From an uncultured Clostridia bacterium (lineage in GTDB: Bacteria > Bacillota > Clostridia > Oscillospirales > Ruminococcaceae), in NCBI GenBank assembly GCA_947624155.1, contig CANQJB010000004.1, positions 5,041 to 69,040 on the forward strand: a stretch of 64,000 nt of DNA. The letters are read 5' to 3'. Position numbers and translations under genes: made by a program. Below the pieces are notes generated by a model that had not been told where the DNA came from, searched no databases, and saw only the letters and a program-made list of their open reading frames with translations. Positions 32,821-41,741 of this stretch are shown in pieces (the first letter of the stretch is position 1; every line of letters starts with the position of its first letter).

Positions 32821-33915
32821 ATGAAATTCAGATATAAATGCGCGGCGGCAGCTCTCGCTCTGCTGATGCTCTGCGGCTGCGCAGGGGCAGAAAAGACCCC
32901 GATCAATACCGGCGATATTCCGCCGGCTTCTCTGCCCGAGACAACGACCGCCGCGCCTGCCGACACCATTTCCGAAAGCGATCCGGCGGTCACAACGCCG
33001 GTTCCGACCGAGCCTGCGGAGACGACTGCCGCCCCGACGCTTTCCCCCGAGGACCTTTCGGGGATAACCACCAACCCGCTCGACTTCGACTTTGAGCCGT
33101 TTGTGGCCGAGATGTTCGCGACCGATACCCTCAATATCCGCGAATATCCCTCGACCGAGGCGAAGGTCGTCGGCCAGCTCAACCCCGGCGAAAAGGCCGA
33201 CGTCATCGGCAGAACCACCGAGGGAAGCTGGTATGTGCTCAACTTCAACGGCGGAGTTGCCTGCGCTTTCGGCGAATATCTCTCGCCCGAAAAGCCGGTA
33301 ATAGAGGAGGAAAGACCGACCTTGCCGGAAAACTACTATTTCTCTTCCGCAAGCGACTACTTCTTTGTCGTAAATAAAGAGACCTTCCTGCCGGAGGATT
33401 ATTCGATCGAGACCGACTTCGTTCAGGGGAGCTATGAGCTCGAGGTGACCGCCGCCTATTGGTGCAAAAAGATGATCGCGGCCGCCGCCGAGGACGGAAT
33501 CGACCTCAAGGTTCTTTCGGCATACCGCACTATCGACTACCAGAAAAAGCTCTTTGAGCGCAACGTCAACTCCAGAATGGAGGACGACGGAATGAGCTAT
33601 GACGAGGCTTATCAGGACACCTCGATCAATATCGCGCCTCCCGGCGGAAGCGAACACAACGCCGGTCTCGCTGTCGACATCATCGACCGCAATCACTGGG
33701 ACACATACACCGCCTTTGAAGACACAGAGGAATTTGAGTGGCTGATTAACCACTGCACCGACTACGGCTTTATCCTCAGATATCCCGAGGGAAAGGAGAG
33801 CATCACCGGCTATATCTATGAGCCGTGGCACTATCGCTATGTAGGCGTCAGCTATGCGAAAGCGGTGATGGATTCCGGCCTCTGCCTTGAGGAATACATG
33901 AACCAGAATGGTTAA
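32821..33915 (+). CDS. M15B (VanY-like) D-alanyl-D-alanine carboxypeptidase lipoprotein with SH3-like domain
   Basis: Lipobox LLMLCGCAG. ..LNIREYPSTEAKVVGQL..GSWYV.. is SH3b-like. ..SEHNAGLAVDI.. and ..EPWHYRYVG.. are zinc ligand motifs. Start is uncertain: GTG at 32812 or ATG at 32821. Confidence 0.8.
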   Translation: MKFRYKCAAAALALLMLCGCAGAEKTPINTGDIPPASLPETTTAAPADTISESDPAVTTPVPTEPAETTAAPTLSPEDLSGITTNPLDFDFEPFVAEMFATDTLNIREYPSTEAKVVGQLNPGEKADVIGRTTEGSWYVLNFNGGVACAFGEYLSPEKPVIEEERPTLPENYYFSSASDYFFVVNKETFLPEDYSIETDFVQGSYELEVTAAYWCKKMIAAAAEDGIDLKVLSAYRTIDYQKKLFERNVNSRMEDDGMSYDEAYQDTSINIAPPGGSEHNAGLAVDIIDRNHWDTYTAFEDTEEFEWLINHCTDYGFILRYPEGKESITGYIYEPWHYRYVGVSYAKAVMDSGLCLEEYMNQNG

Positions 33916-33926
33916 GGAGAACACCG

Positions 33927-34361
33927 ATGAATATAGCATACTTTCTCATTCCAAAGAGCGAAACCGCTTATCTTTTCGACGATTACACTCTTCGTCAGGC
34001 GCTTGAAAAAATGCGCGCCCACGGCTATACCCGAATACCGGTCATCTCACGCAGCGGCGCTTTTTTGGACGTCGTCGGCGAGGGCGATTTTCTCTGGTAT
34101 ATGCTTGACCACTCGAACGGCGACGGCGTTTCGATGTACGGAGCCGAGAATCTAAAGCTCCGCGACGTTCTCGCGACTCTCGGAAACCGCCGGATCTATC
34201 TTCCGGTCAGGATCACCGCGACCCGCGAGGAGCTGATCGGCCTCGCGATGAAACAGAACTTCGTTCCGGTCACCGACGACGACGGCTCATATATCGGGAT
34301 CGTCACCAGAAGAAACATAATCAGGTTCTTCGCCTCGGAACATGCGCCGAAGCCTCAGTAA
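33927..34361 (+). CDS. CBS domain pair protein
   Basis: 144 aa. ..HGYTRIPVI.. and ..NFVPVTDDDGSYIGIVTRRNI... RBS AAGGAGA. Confidence 0.75.
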   Translation: MNIAYFLIPKSETAYLFDDYTLRQALEKMRAHGYTRIPVISRSGAFLDVVGEGDFLWYMLDHSNGDGVSMYGAENLKLRDVLATLGNRRIYLPVRITATREELIGLAMKQNFVPVTDDDGSYIGIVTRRNIIRFFASEHAPKPQ

Positions 34362-34539
34362 AATCCTAGCACGCCGAAATTGAAAACGCTGTCGTATCGG
34401 GGCGGCAATTTGGATATATCTGGAATTAAAAATCGGCCGACAAGCAGAAATCGACAGTTTAAAGTTGGAAAAACTCACAAATCCGGCAGTTAAAACTGTG
34501 CATTTATCACAATGTTGTAGACTTTATTTCAATAATTTA

Positions 34540-34568
34540 TTGACAAGTTTTTTCGTTGGGTTTATAAT
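34540..34568 (+). promoter_or_regulatory. consensus sigma-A promoter
   Basis: TTGACA (34540-45), 17-nt spacer, TATAAT (34563-68). Confidence 0.7.
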
Positions 34569-34620
34569 AATCTTGCGATTAGCAAAATCGACTATTATTT
34601 CTATCGGGGGATAATTTATT

Positions 34621-35028
34621 ATGAAAAGAATCATCTCACTCGCATTAGTCCTTGTCATGGCAATGGCTGTTCTTACCGCTTGCGGCGTTGAGCTTCAGGC
34701 TCCTTCCGGCGTTTACGCCAGTGAATCCGGCACCTACAAGCTCGAGGTCAAGGATTACAACGCCGACGAGAACACCGGCACTATGGCAATCACCTTCACC
34801 ATCGTTGATACTCCTACCGTCGTATCCGGCACCTTCTCGATGGCTGTCAACGATCCCGACGCCGGCACCTTCTTCATCGACTTCACTCCCGACGGCGGCG
34901 AGCTGATCGAAGGTCTCGCTATCTATGATCCCGCTCAGAACGTTATCGGCCAGATCGTTGATATCGAAGGCATCGGCGGCAACCAGATTGCTTACTATCC
35001 TTACACCGGTGAGGAAGCAGCCGAGTAA
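34621..35028 (+). CDS. small lipoprotein of unknown function
   Basis: 135 aa. Lipobox VLTACG. No recognisable family. Confidence 0.6.
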   Translation: MKRIISLALVLVMAMAVLTACGVELQAPSGVYASESGTYKLEVKDYNADENTGTMAITFTIVDTPTVVSGTFSMAVNDPDAGTFFIDFTPDGGELIEGLAIYDPAQNVIGQIVDIEGIGGNQIAYYPYTGEEAAE

Positions 35029-35045
35029 TCAGTAAAACCGAAATG

Positions 35046-35074
35046 AAAATCCCCGCTTTAAGCGGGGATTTTTC
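35046..35074 (+). terminator. rho-independent terminator
   Basis: atccccgc tttaa gcggggat followed by TTTT. Confidence 0.8.
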
Positions 35075-35164
35075 TTGTCTGCTTTCTTGAAACGCAGACG
35101 AAAGTAGCTTTCACGGAACCCCGCCCGGGGTTCCCCGTCAAAGGCTGCCGACAGGCAGGCTCAT

Positions 35165-36985
35165 TTATTTCAGCTTTGAATTATCCTTCGCTCTCTGGAC
35201 ATTTGAGAGCGTCTTTTTGCGCAGGCGGATATTCTTCGGCGTCACCTCGACCAGTTCGTCGTCAGCGATGAATTCGAGGCTGTCCTCGAGGCTGAATATT
35301 CTCGGCGGAATGAGCCTGAGCGCGTCGTCCGAGCCGCTCGCGCGGGTGTTGGTCAGATGCTTGCGCTTGCAGACGTTGACGACGAGATCGCCCGGCTTCG
35401 GCGAAACTCCGACGATCATTCCCTCATAGACCGGCACTCCCGCGCCGATAAACAGAGCGCCGCGCTCCTGAGCGTTATAAAGGCCGTAGGTGACCGCCTC
35501 GCCCGCCTCAAAGGCGACAAGCGAGCCTGAGGTACGCCTCGGAATATCGCCCTTATACTGCTCATAGCCGTGGAATACCGAGCTCATGACTCCTTCGCCC
35601 TTGGTGTCGGTGAGAAATTCGTTGCGATATCCGAATAGGCCGCGGGCCGGAACATGGAACACGACCCTGATTCTCGAACCCATCGGCGTCATCGAGACCA
35701 TTTCGCCCTTTCGGGTACCCATTTTTTCCATTACAGCGCCGAGAGATGTCTCGGGAACGTCGACGACAAGCTCCTCGATCGGTTCGCAGAGCTTTCCGTC
35801 GATCTCTTTATAGAGAACTCTCGGGGTCGAAACGCCCATTTCATATCCCTCGCGGCGCATATTTTCGATCAGGATCGAGAGGTGCATCTCTCCTCTGCCG
35901 GCGACCTTGAAAGAATCGGTCGAATCTGTTTCGGTGACGCGCAGCGAAACGTCTTTCAGAAGCTCTCTGAAAAGTCTTTCGCGCAGATGGCGGGAGGTGA
36001 CGTATTTGCCCTCTTTACCTGCGAACGGCGAGTCGTTGACCGAGAAGGTCATCTCGACTGTCGGTTCGCTGATCTTGACGAACGGCAGCGGCTCGAAATT
36101 CTGCCAGTCGCAGACTGTGTCGCCGATGGTGATGTTTTCGATTCCGCTGATGCAGACGATGTCGCCGACGGTAGCGGTTTCGGCTGGTGTGCGCTCAAGG
36201 CCGTTTATCTGATAGAGGGTGACGACCTTTCCGCGGTACTCCTTTTTGGTGTGGTGATAGTCGCCGATCATTACCTCCTGATTGACCCTGACAGAGCCGC
36301 GGCTGATCTTTCCAATCGCGATTCTGCCGACATAGTCGTTATAGTCGATCGAGCTGACAAGCATTTGGAAGGGCTGGTCGGGGTCTCCCTCGGGGCAGGG
36401 AATATATTCGAGGATTTTGTCGAAAAGGGGTGTGAGGTCGGTTCCGGCGACGTGCTCGTCGGCCGAGCAGGTTCCGTCTCTTCCCGAGCAGAAGAGGATC
36501 GGGCTGTCGAGCTGCTCGTCCGAGGCGTTGAGGTCCATCAGAAGCTCGTAGCACTCGTCGATCACCTCGTCGATACGCGCGTCGGGGCGGTCGATCTTGT
36601 TGATGACGATTATGACCCGATGGCCGAGCTCCAAAGCGTGCTGAAGGACAAAGCGGGTCTGCGGCATCGGCCCCTCGGCAGCGTCGACGAGAAGGATAAC
36701 TCCGTCGACCATTTTCAGAATTCTCTCGACCTCGCCGCCGAAATCGGCGTGGCCGGGGGTATCGACTATATTGATTTTTACGCCGTTATAGACGACCGAG
36801 GTGTTCTTCGCGAGGATAGTTATTCCGCGCTCGCGCTCGATGTCGTTCGAGTCCATTACGCGCTCGCTGACTACCTGGTTCTGGCGGAATGTTCCGCTCT
36901 GGCGCAGCATACCGTCGACAAGGGTTGTCTTTCCGTGGTCAACGTGCGCGATTATCGCGACGTTCCGCAAATCGTTTCTTATCAA
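35165..36985 (-). CDS. typA: translational GTPase TypA/BipA
   Basis: 606 aa. ..[19 protein letters not shown].., [20 protein letters not shown] start 7 nt after GAGG, with an in-frame TGA just upstream. Confidence 0.95.
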   Translation of the reverse strand: MIRNDLRNVAIIAHVDHGKTTLVDGMLRQSGTFRQNQVVSERVMDSNDIERERGITILAKNTSVVYNGVKINIVDTPGHADFGGEVERILKMVDGVILLVDAAEGPMPQTRFVLQHALELGHRVIIVINKIDRPDARIDEVIDECYELLMDLNASDEQLDSPILFCSGRDGTCSADEHVAGTDLTPLFDKILEYIPCPEGDPDQPFQMLVSSIDYNDYVGRIAIGKISRGSVRVNQEVMIGDYHHTKKEYRGKVVTLYQINGLERTPAETATVGDIVCISGIENITIGDTVCDWQNFEPLPFVKISEPTVEMTFSVNDSPFAGKEGKYVTSRHLRERLFRELLKDVSLRVTETDSTDSFKVAGRGEMHLSILIENMRREGYEMGVSTPRVLYKEIDGKLCEPIEELVVDVPETSLGAVMEKMGTRKGEMVSMTPMGSRIRVVFHVPARGLFGYRNEFLTDTKGEGVMSSVFHGYEQYKGDIPRRTSGSLVAFEAGEAVTYGLYNAQERGALFIGAGVPVYEGMIVGVSPKPGDLVVNVCKRKHLTNTRASGSDDALRLIPPRIFSLEDSLEFIADDELVEVTPKNIRLRKKTLSNVQRAKDNSKLK

Positions 36986-37112
36986 GTAAATGCCTCATTT
37001 CTAAGCTTATTTTTTTCCAAAATGATAGTATATCATTCATCAGACGCTAAATCAAGTGTGAATTTTAACAGAAGTGTCTTAAAACGTCACGCTGAAGATT
37101 GGTGAAATAATG

Positions 37113-37148
37113 CAAAAAACTACGGGGAACCCCAAACGGGTTCCCCGT
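37113..37148 (-). terminator. rho-independent terminator of the XRE gene
   Basis: Perfect 11-bp stem ACGGGGAACCC / GGGTTCCCCGT (37122-37148), followed on the minus strand by GTTTTTTG. Confidence 0.75.
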
Positions 37149-37160
37149 CATTGACCTGCC

Positions 37161-37463
37161 TCATTGTTCTCTTATTGCCTTTAAAATCGCCTCGACAAGT
37201 CTGACCTGCTCGTCGGAGAGGTCTGAGACGTCGAGAGTTTTCCGCCGCTCGATTCCGAGAAGGCAGTCGGTGCTGACATGAAAAACCTCCGACAGCCTGA
37301 TAAGAACATTTGGCGAGGGCGAACGCTCCTGCTGCTCATAAAACGAGATCACCGACTTTGTGACCCCGACTCTTTCGCCGAGCTGCGCTTGGGTCAGACC
37401 TGCTTTCTTCCTTAATTCCTTTAATCTTCTGCCAAAATCCACAGTGTTCACACTCCGTTCCAC
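37161..37463 (-). CDS. XRE family helix-turn-helix transcriptional regulator
   Basis: 100 aa. ..FGRRLKELRKKAGLTQAQLGERVGVTKSVISFYEQQERSPSPNVLIRLSEVFHVSTDCLLG... Confidence 0.85.
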   Translation of the reverse strand: MERSVNTVDFGRRLKELRKKAGLTQAQLGERVGVTKSVISFYEQQERSPSPNVLIRLSEVFHVSTDCLLGIERRKTLDVSDLSDEQVRLVEAILKAIREQ

Positions 37464-37560
37464 ATATATTATTGAGTATACGCGAGCGAAGTCAGAATTT
37501 TGGTGGAATTGCAGACTAAAATAGTTGACTTTGTCAAATCAATGTGATATAATGTTTCCG

Positions 37561-37646
37561 AAAAGGATTTCGGTCCTTTTCCCACTCTCATTTTCCCCCT
37601 CTGAACGGGAGCGAAGTAACCGCGCTCCCGTTCAGAACCCTTTTAT
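37561..37646 (+). ncRNA. candidate small RNA, unit 1 of a tandem pair (novel, unassigned)
   Basis: Promoter TTGACT (37526-31), 17 nt, TGaTATAAT (37546-54). The predicted transcript opens with the hairpin GAAAAGGA/TCCTTTTC (37561-82). Next is single-stranded CCACUCUCAUUUUCCCCCUC, then a perfect 14-bp hairpin (37601-14 / 37624-37), then ACCCUUUUAU. Confidence 0.45.
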
Positions 37647-37729
37647 ACGGCATATTTTGAGTCAAAATTCAGTGGAATTTTAATCTGAAATTATTGACTT
37701 TATTAAACCGGCGTGATATACTTAGTGAG

Positions 37730-37859
37730 GAAAGACAAAGTTCTTTCCTCACTCTCATTTCCTCTCTGAGCGGGAGTGCCTGAATCTGCGCTCCCGTTCA
37801 GGGGCCATATAAAAAAATAAAACTCCTGCAAATAAGCTTTGCAGGAGTTTGCTGTTTTA
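37730..37859 (+). ncRNA. candidate small RNA, unit 2 of a tandem pair (novel, unassigned)
   Basis: Promoter TTGACT (37695-700), 17 nt, TGaTATACT (37715-23). 5' hairpin within 37726-37753, then CACUCUCAUUUCCUCU. A 14-bp hairpin follows (37767-80 / 37789-802) with two G-U pairs that work only in the plus-strand RNA. The unit ends at the bidirectional terminator 37824-37859. Confidence 0.45.
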
Positions 37860-37862
37860 AAT

Positions 37863-38453
37863 TCAGATCGCTTTTGAGTGCGACCTCTTTGCGGTGTCAA
37901 TAATACCGACGATCGCGGTGCTGAGGCTGAGGTTGACGGCGAGCTCGACAAGCGAGTTGAGGCCGGTCATTCCGAAGATCAGGTAGAGGATAGTGTTGTT
38001 GAAACCGGCGTTCTGAGCCCATTCCTGAACCGTCGGATAGAAGAATATTCCGCAGCCGAGAAGGAAGATCACCTTGTTCACGGCTTGGCAGGCGATCGCC
38101 GCCAGAACCGTCCCGAGCCACAGATTTTTCTTTTCCAGAGCTTTATAGACAATCGCCGCGCAGAAGCCCGCCAGAGTTCCCTTCAGCATTACCGTGATAA
38201 CGGTTCCCGCCGGGTTGACCGCCATGAACAGCGCGGTATCGGTGAACATAACGACAACGCTGAATACAAAGCCGAGCCAGGTGCCGGCCTTCCAGCCGTA
38301 AAGAGCCGCGCCGACGACTATCGGAATGAAGACCAGCGCAATGCTGAACATTCCGAGCTTAATTACCGACGCCACCGACTGCAGGACGACGACTATCGCT
38401 GTCAAAAGTCCCATCATTGCGAGCATCCGCGTTTTTTCCCTTGAATTTGCCAT
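37863..38453 (-). CDS. ECF transporter S component, possibly pantothenate-specific (PanT-like) given linkage to coaX
   Basis: 196 aa and about 6 TM. ..TRMLAMMGLLTAIVVVLQ..IPIVVGAALYG.. is typical of ECF substrate-capture subunits. It lies immediately downstream of coaX. Confidence 0.6.
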   Translation of the reverse strand: MANSREKTRMLAMMGLLTAIVVVLQSVASVIKLGMFSIALVFIPIVVGAALYGWKAGTWLGFVFSVVVMFTDTALFMAVNPAGTVITVMLKGTLAGFCAAIVYKALEKKNLWLGTVLAAIACQAVNKVIFLLGCGIFFYPTVQEWAQNAGFNNTILYLIFGMTGLNSLVELAVNLSLSTAIVGIIDTAKRSHSKAI

Positions 38454-38480
38454 AAAAAATTTCCTCCTGTCAGGTGAGTG

Positions 38481-39251
38481 TTAAGCGTTGAGCTTATATA
38501 TATCGTATAGCCCGTCGAGCAGAAGCCTGTCGTCGTGGATTATACCCTTTGTTTTGCAGTGCGGAACTACCGTCCCCGCGAGGCCGCCTGTCGCGATCAC
38601 CTTCGCGTCGCCGAGGGTTTCGCGGAACAGCCCGATCATTCCGTCCATCATGCAGGCGGTGCCGAGAATCGAGCCGGAGCGCATACATTCGGCGGTGTCG
38701 AGGCTTATCGGCGAGATCTGCCGGCTTTCCGCCGCAATGTCCTGCAAAAGCGCCGCCGAGGAGCTGAGCGCCCGAAGTGAGATCATCACACCCGGGATTA
38801 TCGAGCCGCCGATGAAAACTCCGTCGCCGTCGATTGCTGAGACAGTCGTCGCGGTGCCGAAATCGAAGATTATTAGCGGCGCGCCGTATTTGTTTATCGC
38901 TCCGACCGCCCCGCAGACGAGATCCGCGCCGATCTGATCGGGGCTGAGCCCTTTGACCTTTAAGCCGCAGTTTATCCCTCTGCCGACAACCATCGCCTCC
39001 GAGCCGAAGAGAAGCCTTATCGCCGCCGAGAGCGAGGCGACGAGCGCCGGAACGACAGTCGAGACTATCGAGCCGGTAATATCTTCCCGCCGGACGCTGA
39101 ATAAATTCAGAATGTTCTGAATATCGGCGGCATACTGATCCGAGGTTTTGAGCGGGTCGGTCGCTATTCTCGCGGTGAATGCGAGACTGCCCGAGCCGTC
39201 AAAAGCGCCTAAGACAATGTTCGTGTTGCCCGCGTCGATTGCAAAAACCAT
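38481..39251 (-). CDS. coaX: type III pantothenate kinase
   Basis: 256 aa. MVFAIDAGNTNIVLG.., ..IIFDFGTATT.., ..GGLA.. motifs. Confidence 0.9.
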   Translation of the reverse strand: MVFAIDAGNTNIVLGAFDGSGSLAFTARIATDPLKTSDQYAADIQNILNLFSVRREDITGSIVSTVVPALVASLSAAIRLLFGSEAMVVGRGINCGLKVKGLSPDQIGADLVCGAVGAINKYGAPLIIFDFGTATTVSAIDGDGVFIGGSIIPGVMISLRALSSSAALLQDIAAESRQISPISLDTAECMRSGSILGTACMMDGMIGLFRETLGDAKVIATGGLAGTVVPHCKTKGIIHDDRLLLDGLYDIYKLNA

Positions 39252-39515
39252 TCTTTTCCGCCCCTTTGCCGTTTTGCTTTAGTGTATTATAATACTCCTT
39301 TTTCGGTTTCGCAAGGGGTCAGAACCAATTTCGTAGCCCTACACAATTTTTGCACAAACCGCCCCGATCTTTGTGTACTTTTTAGAGGGTAATATACATT
39401 TTCATGTATAAAATTTCTCCAAATATACATATATGTAGCCCGGGACCGATCTGCCCCGGGCCTACCCGTATAGTTTATTCATTCAGCTGTCGACTCTGAC
39501 AGCCGGCAGCTGCAA

Positions 39516-39935
39516 CTATCTGGAATTGCCGTTTGTCGAACCGTTCGCGGCGCCGTCGTTCTGGCCGTTCATTCCGTCGGGCTGCATACCCTCGCCGTTA
39601 GCTCCGGCGTCGGGGTCGGCTTCGGAACCGTCGGTCATGTCGTCCATTCCCTGCTCAAGGTCGTCGATGCCCTGTTCGAGATCGTTCATTCCCCGGTCTA
39701 TTCCGTCCTCGACGTCGTCGATTCCGTCTTCGAGGATACCGTTATCATCGGTGGTGAGGCTGACCTCGCCGTCGCGGTCGGCGTTGTAGCTTCCGTTGTC
39801 GTCGCCGAGTTCGGGCGCGGTGCTGCCGATTGTTGTTCCGTTGCCGGGCATACGGTAGGTTTCATCGTCGCCGCAGGCCGCAAAGAGACAGCAGCAGATT
39901 GCGAGAGCGGCAAATAAAGCAATAAATTTTTTCAT
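39516..39935 (-). CDS. highly acidic low-complexity lipoprotein
   Basis: I trimmed to the ATG at 39935 (AAAGGA upstream). MKKFIALFAALAICCCLFAACGDD has a lipobox. The mature part is D/E/G/N-rich with internal repeats (EDGIDDVEDGIDRGMNDLEQGIDDLEQGMDDM). Confidence 0.6.
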   Translation of the reverse strand: MKKFIALFAALAICCCLFAACGDDETYRMPGNGTTIGSTAPELGDDNGSYNADRDGEVSLTTDDNGILEDGIDDVEDGIDRGMNDLEQGIDDLEQGMDDMTDGSEADPDAGANGEGMQPDGMNGQNDGAANGSTNGNSR

Positions 39936-40095
39936 AGCAAATCCTTTCACTTTCCGTTTATCAAGCTCGAGCTTCTTGCTCGGGGTTATTATTGCCGTTC
40001 AGAGCGGGGATATACGCCGATTGGAAAATCTTTCGGATTTCTAAATGATGGAAAATAAAAGCGGGAGACCGCACCGTCTCCCGCTGAAATGTGTT

Positions 40096-41568
40096 TCAGG
40101 GCTTTTTTTCTTCGACCAGATTGTTCACCCAAATTCGCTTTTTGACGAGGATAAATCCGAGAATACACCGCAGGCTCGCCGACATCTGCTCGATCAGCAT
40201 TATCATTTCGACCGGAACCGACGGCGCGAAGTGGGTCAGTATAAAGACAATCGGGTAGTTGATCGCCCAGATAGCTCCGCTGTCGAAGATAAAGGTGATA
40301 AAGGTCTTTCCGCCCGAGCGCAGTGTGAAATAGCAGGCGTTGAGGAATGACTGGAGCGGCATACCCGCGGCGACCGCTAGAATAAGCTTCGCGGCGAGAG
40401 CCTTGATCTCCGGCTCGGTGTTGTAAAATTCCGGGAATACCGGCGCGACCGCGGCCATGACAAGGCCGGTTATTACGCTTGAGATAACCGAGACGACCAG
40501 CAGCTTTCGGTCGATGTCGACAGCCTCCTCGGTCTTCCCTGCGCCGAGATACTGACCGACGATTATCGCGATCGCGTTTCCGAGCGAGAGGAACACGACG
40601 TTGAACAGGTTCATGACCGTGGTGCTGATGTTGTTTGCGCTGACGACCTCGAGCCCGCGGACCGAGTAGCACTGAGCGACAGCGGCGATTCCGAAGCTCC
40701 AGAGAGTTTCGTTGAGAAGAAGAGGGGTGCCTTTTCTGATGATCTCGCCGACGACCTTCACTGGGATTCTGAAGCTTTTATAAAGCCCCTTTGCGAACGG
40801 ATTTCGGCCGGTGTGTGAATGCGTCCAGATCACGACTATAAGCATTTCGACATATCTCGAAACGACGGTCGCAATCGCCGCGCCTGCCGCGCCGAGTGCG
40901 GGAGCGCCGAGCTTTCCGAAGATAAGCACCCAGTTCAGCGCAAGGTTGACAAGCACCGCCGCTATTCCTGCGATCATCGGTACGACCGTCTCGCCGGTCT
41001 CGCGCAGAGTTCCGGCGTAGGACTGAGTTATCGCGAACGGCAGAAGGCCGATCATTATTATCGCGATATATTCCGAGCCGAAGCCGAGAGTTGCGGCAGG
41101 GTCTCCGACAGCGGCGCTGTCAGAGATATAGAGCGAGATAAGCGGCTCGCGGAAGAACCCGAAGACAAAAAGCCCGATCAGTGTTATCGCGGTGCAGACG
41201 ATCAGCTTGAAACGGGTCGTGTGGCGTACTCCTGCGTGGTCGCCCGAGCCGTGATACTGCGAGGTGAAGATTCCCGCGCCGGAGATCGCGCCGAATACGA
41301 GAATGTTGAAAACGAAGACTAGCTGATTCGCGATCGAAACGCCGGTCATCGGGTCGGTGCCGATTTTTCCGACCATGATGTTGTCAAGCATATTGACAAA
41401 GGTGGTGATCGCGTTCTGAACGATTATCGGCAGAGCGACGCCGGCGAGCATCTTATAAAACTGCCTGTCGCCCATATATTTTCGGACAAAGGCCGAGAAT
41501 GACACTTTTCTGACTTCCTTTCCTTGACATAACTTATTGATTATAGCCGATATCTCCGAAAAATGCAA
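40096..41568 (-). CDS. MATE family efflux transporter
   Basis: 12-TM protein with ..LALPIIVQN..-like start (..MLAGVALPIIVQNAITTFVNMLDNIMVG..). The start is uncertain: TTG at 41568 as in the ORF track, or ATG at 41475. Confidence 0.85.
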   Translation of the reverse strand: MHFSEISAIINKLCQGKEVRKVSFSAFVRKYMGDRQFYKMLAGVALPIIVQNAITTFVNMLDNIMVGKIGTDPMTGVSIANQLVFVFNILVFGAISGAGIFTSQYHGSGDHAGVRHTTRFKLIVCTAITLIGLFVFGFFREPLISLYISDSAAVGDPAATLGFGSEYIAIIMIGLLPFAITQSYAGTLRETGETVVPMIAGIAAVLVNLALNWVLIFGKLGAPALGAAGAAIATVVSRYVEMLIVVIWTHSHTGRNPFAKGLYKSFRIPVKVVGEIIRKGTPLLLNETLWSFGIAAVAQCYSVRGLEVVSANNISTTVMNLFNVVFLSLGNAIAIIVGQYLGAGKTEEAVDIDRKLLVVSVISSVITGLVMAAVAPVFPEFYNTEPEIKALAAKLILAVAAGMPLQSFLNACYFTLRSGGKTFITFIFDSGAIWAINYPIVFILTHFAPSVPVEMIMLIEQMSASLRCILGFILVKKRIWVNNLVEEKKP

Positions 41569-41650
41569 GAACTTTTTTGACGGAATTTATTTGTTGTAAT
41601 AAGTGAACAAAAATTGCGTGAAATTTTCATAAATTTGTGTAAAAAAGCAA

Positions 41651-41679
41651 TTGACAAAATTGAAAAGTTGTTGTAGTAT
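41651..41679 (+). promoter_or_regulatory. probable promoter of the marR-ABC operon
   Basis: TTGACA (41651-56), 17-nt spacer, TAGTAT (41674-79). Confidence 0.5.
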
Positions 41680-41741
41680 TAACACACTAAAAGTTAATCG
41701 GCTAATTTTGAATGCCTTAATGAAAGAAAGGAAGCTTAACC

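Noticed and set aside
32310-33939. Minus-strand ORFs of 312 and 382 aa opposite the M15 peptidase gene and the spoIIP 5' region
   Set aside because: The plus-strand reading carries the lipobox and the zinc-peptidase motifs (SEHNAGLAVD, EPWHYRY). The minus-strand translations are repetitive Gly/Arg/Val sequence.
35654-37105. 483-aa plus-strand ORF opposite typA
   Set aside because: It is antisense to a textbook TypA/BipA sequence and is a shadow ORF.
37556-37800. Possible small peptides on the minus strand of the tandem units (MRVGKGPKSF.. and MRVRKELCLS.., each after a GAGG-like motif)
   Set aside because: Only the first three codons are shared between the two units and the rest is unrelated. 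The shared nucleotides are better explained by the conserved CU-rich RNA tract. The G-U pairs in the unit-2 hairpin favour a plus-strand RNA.
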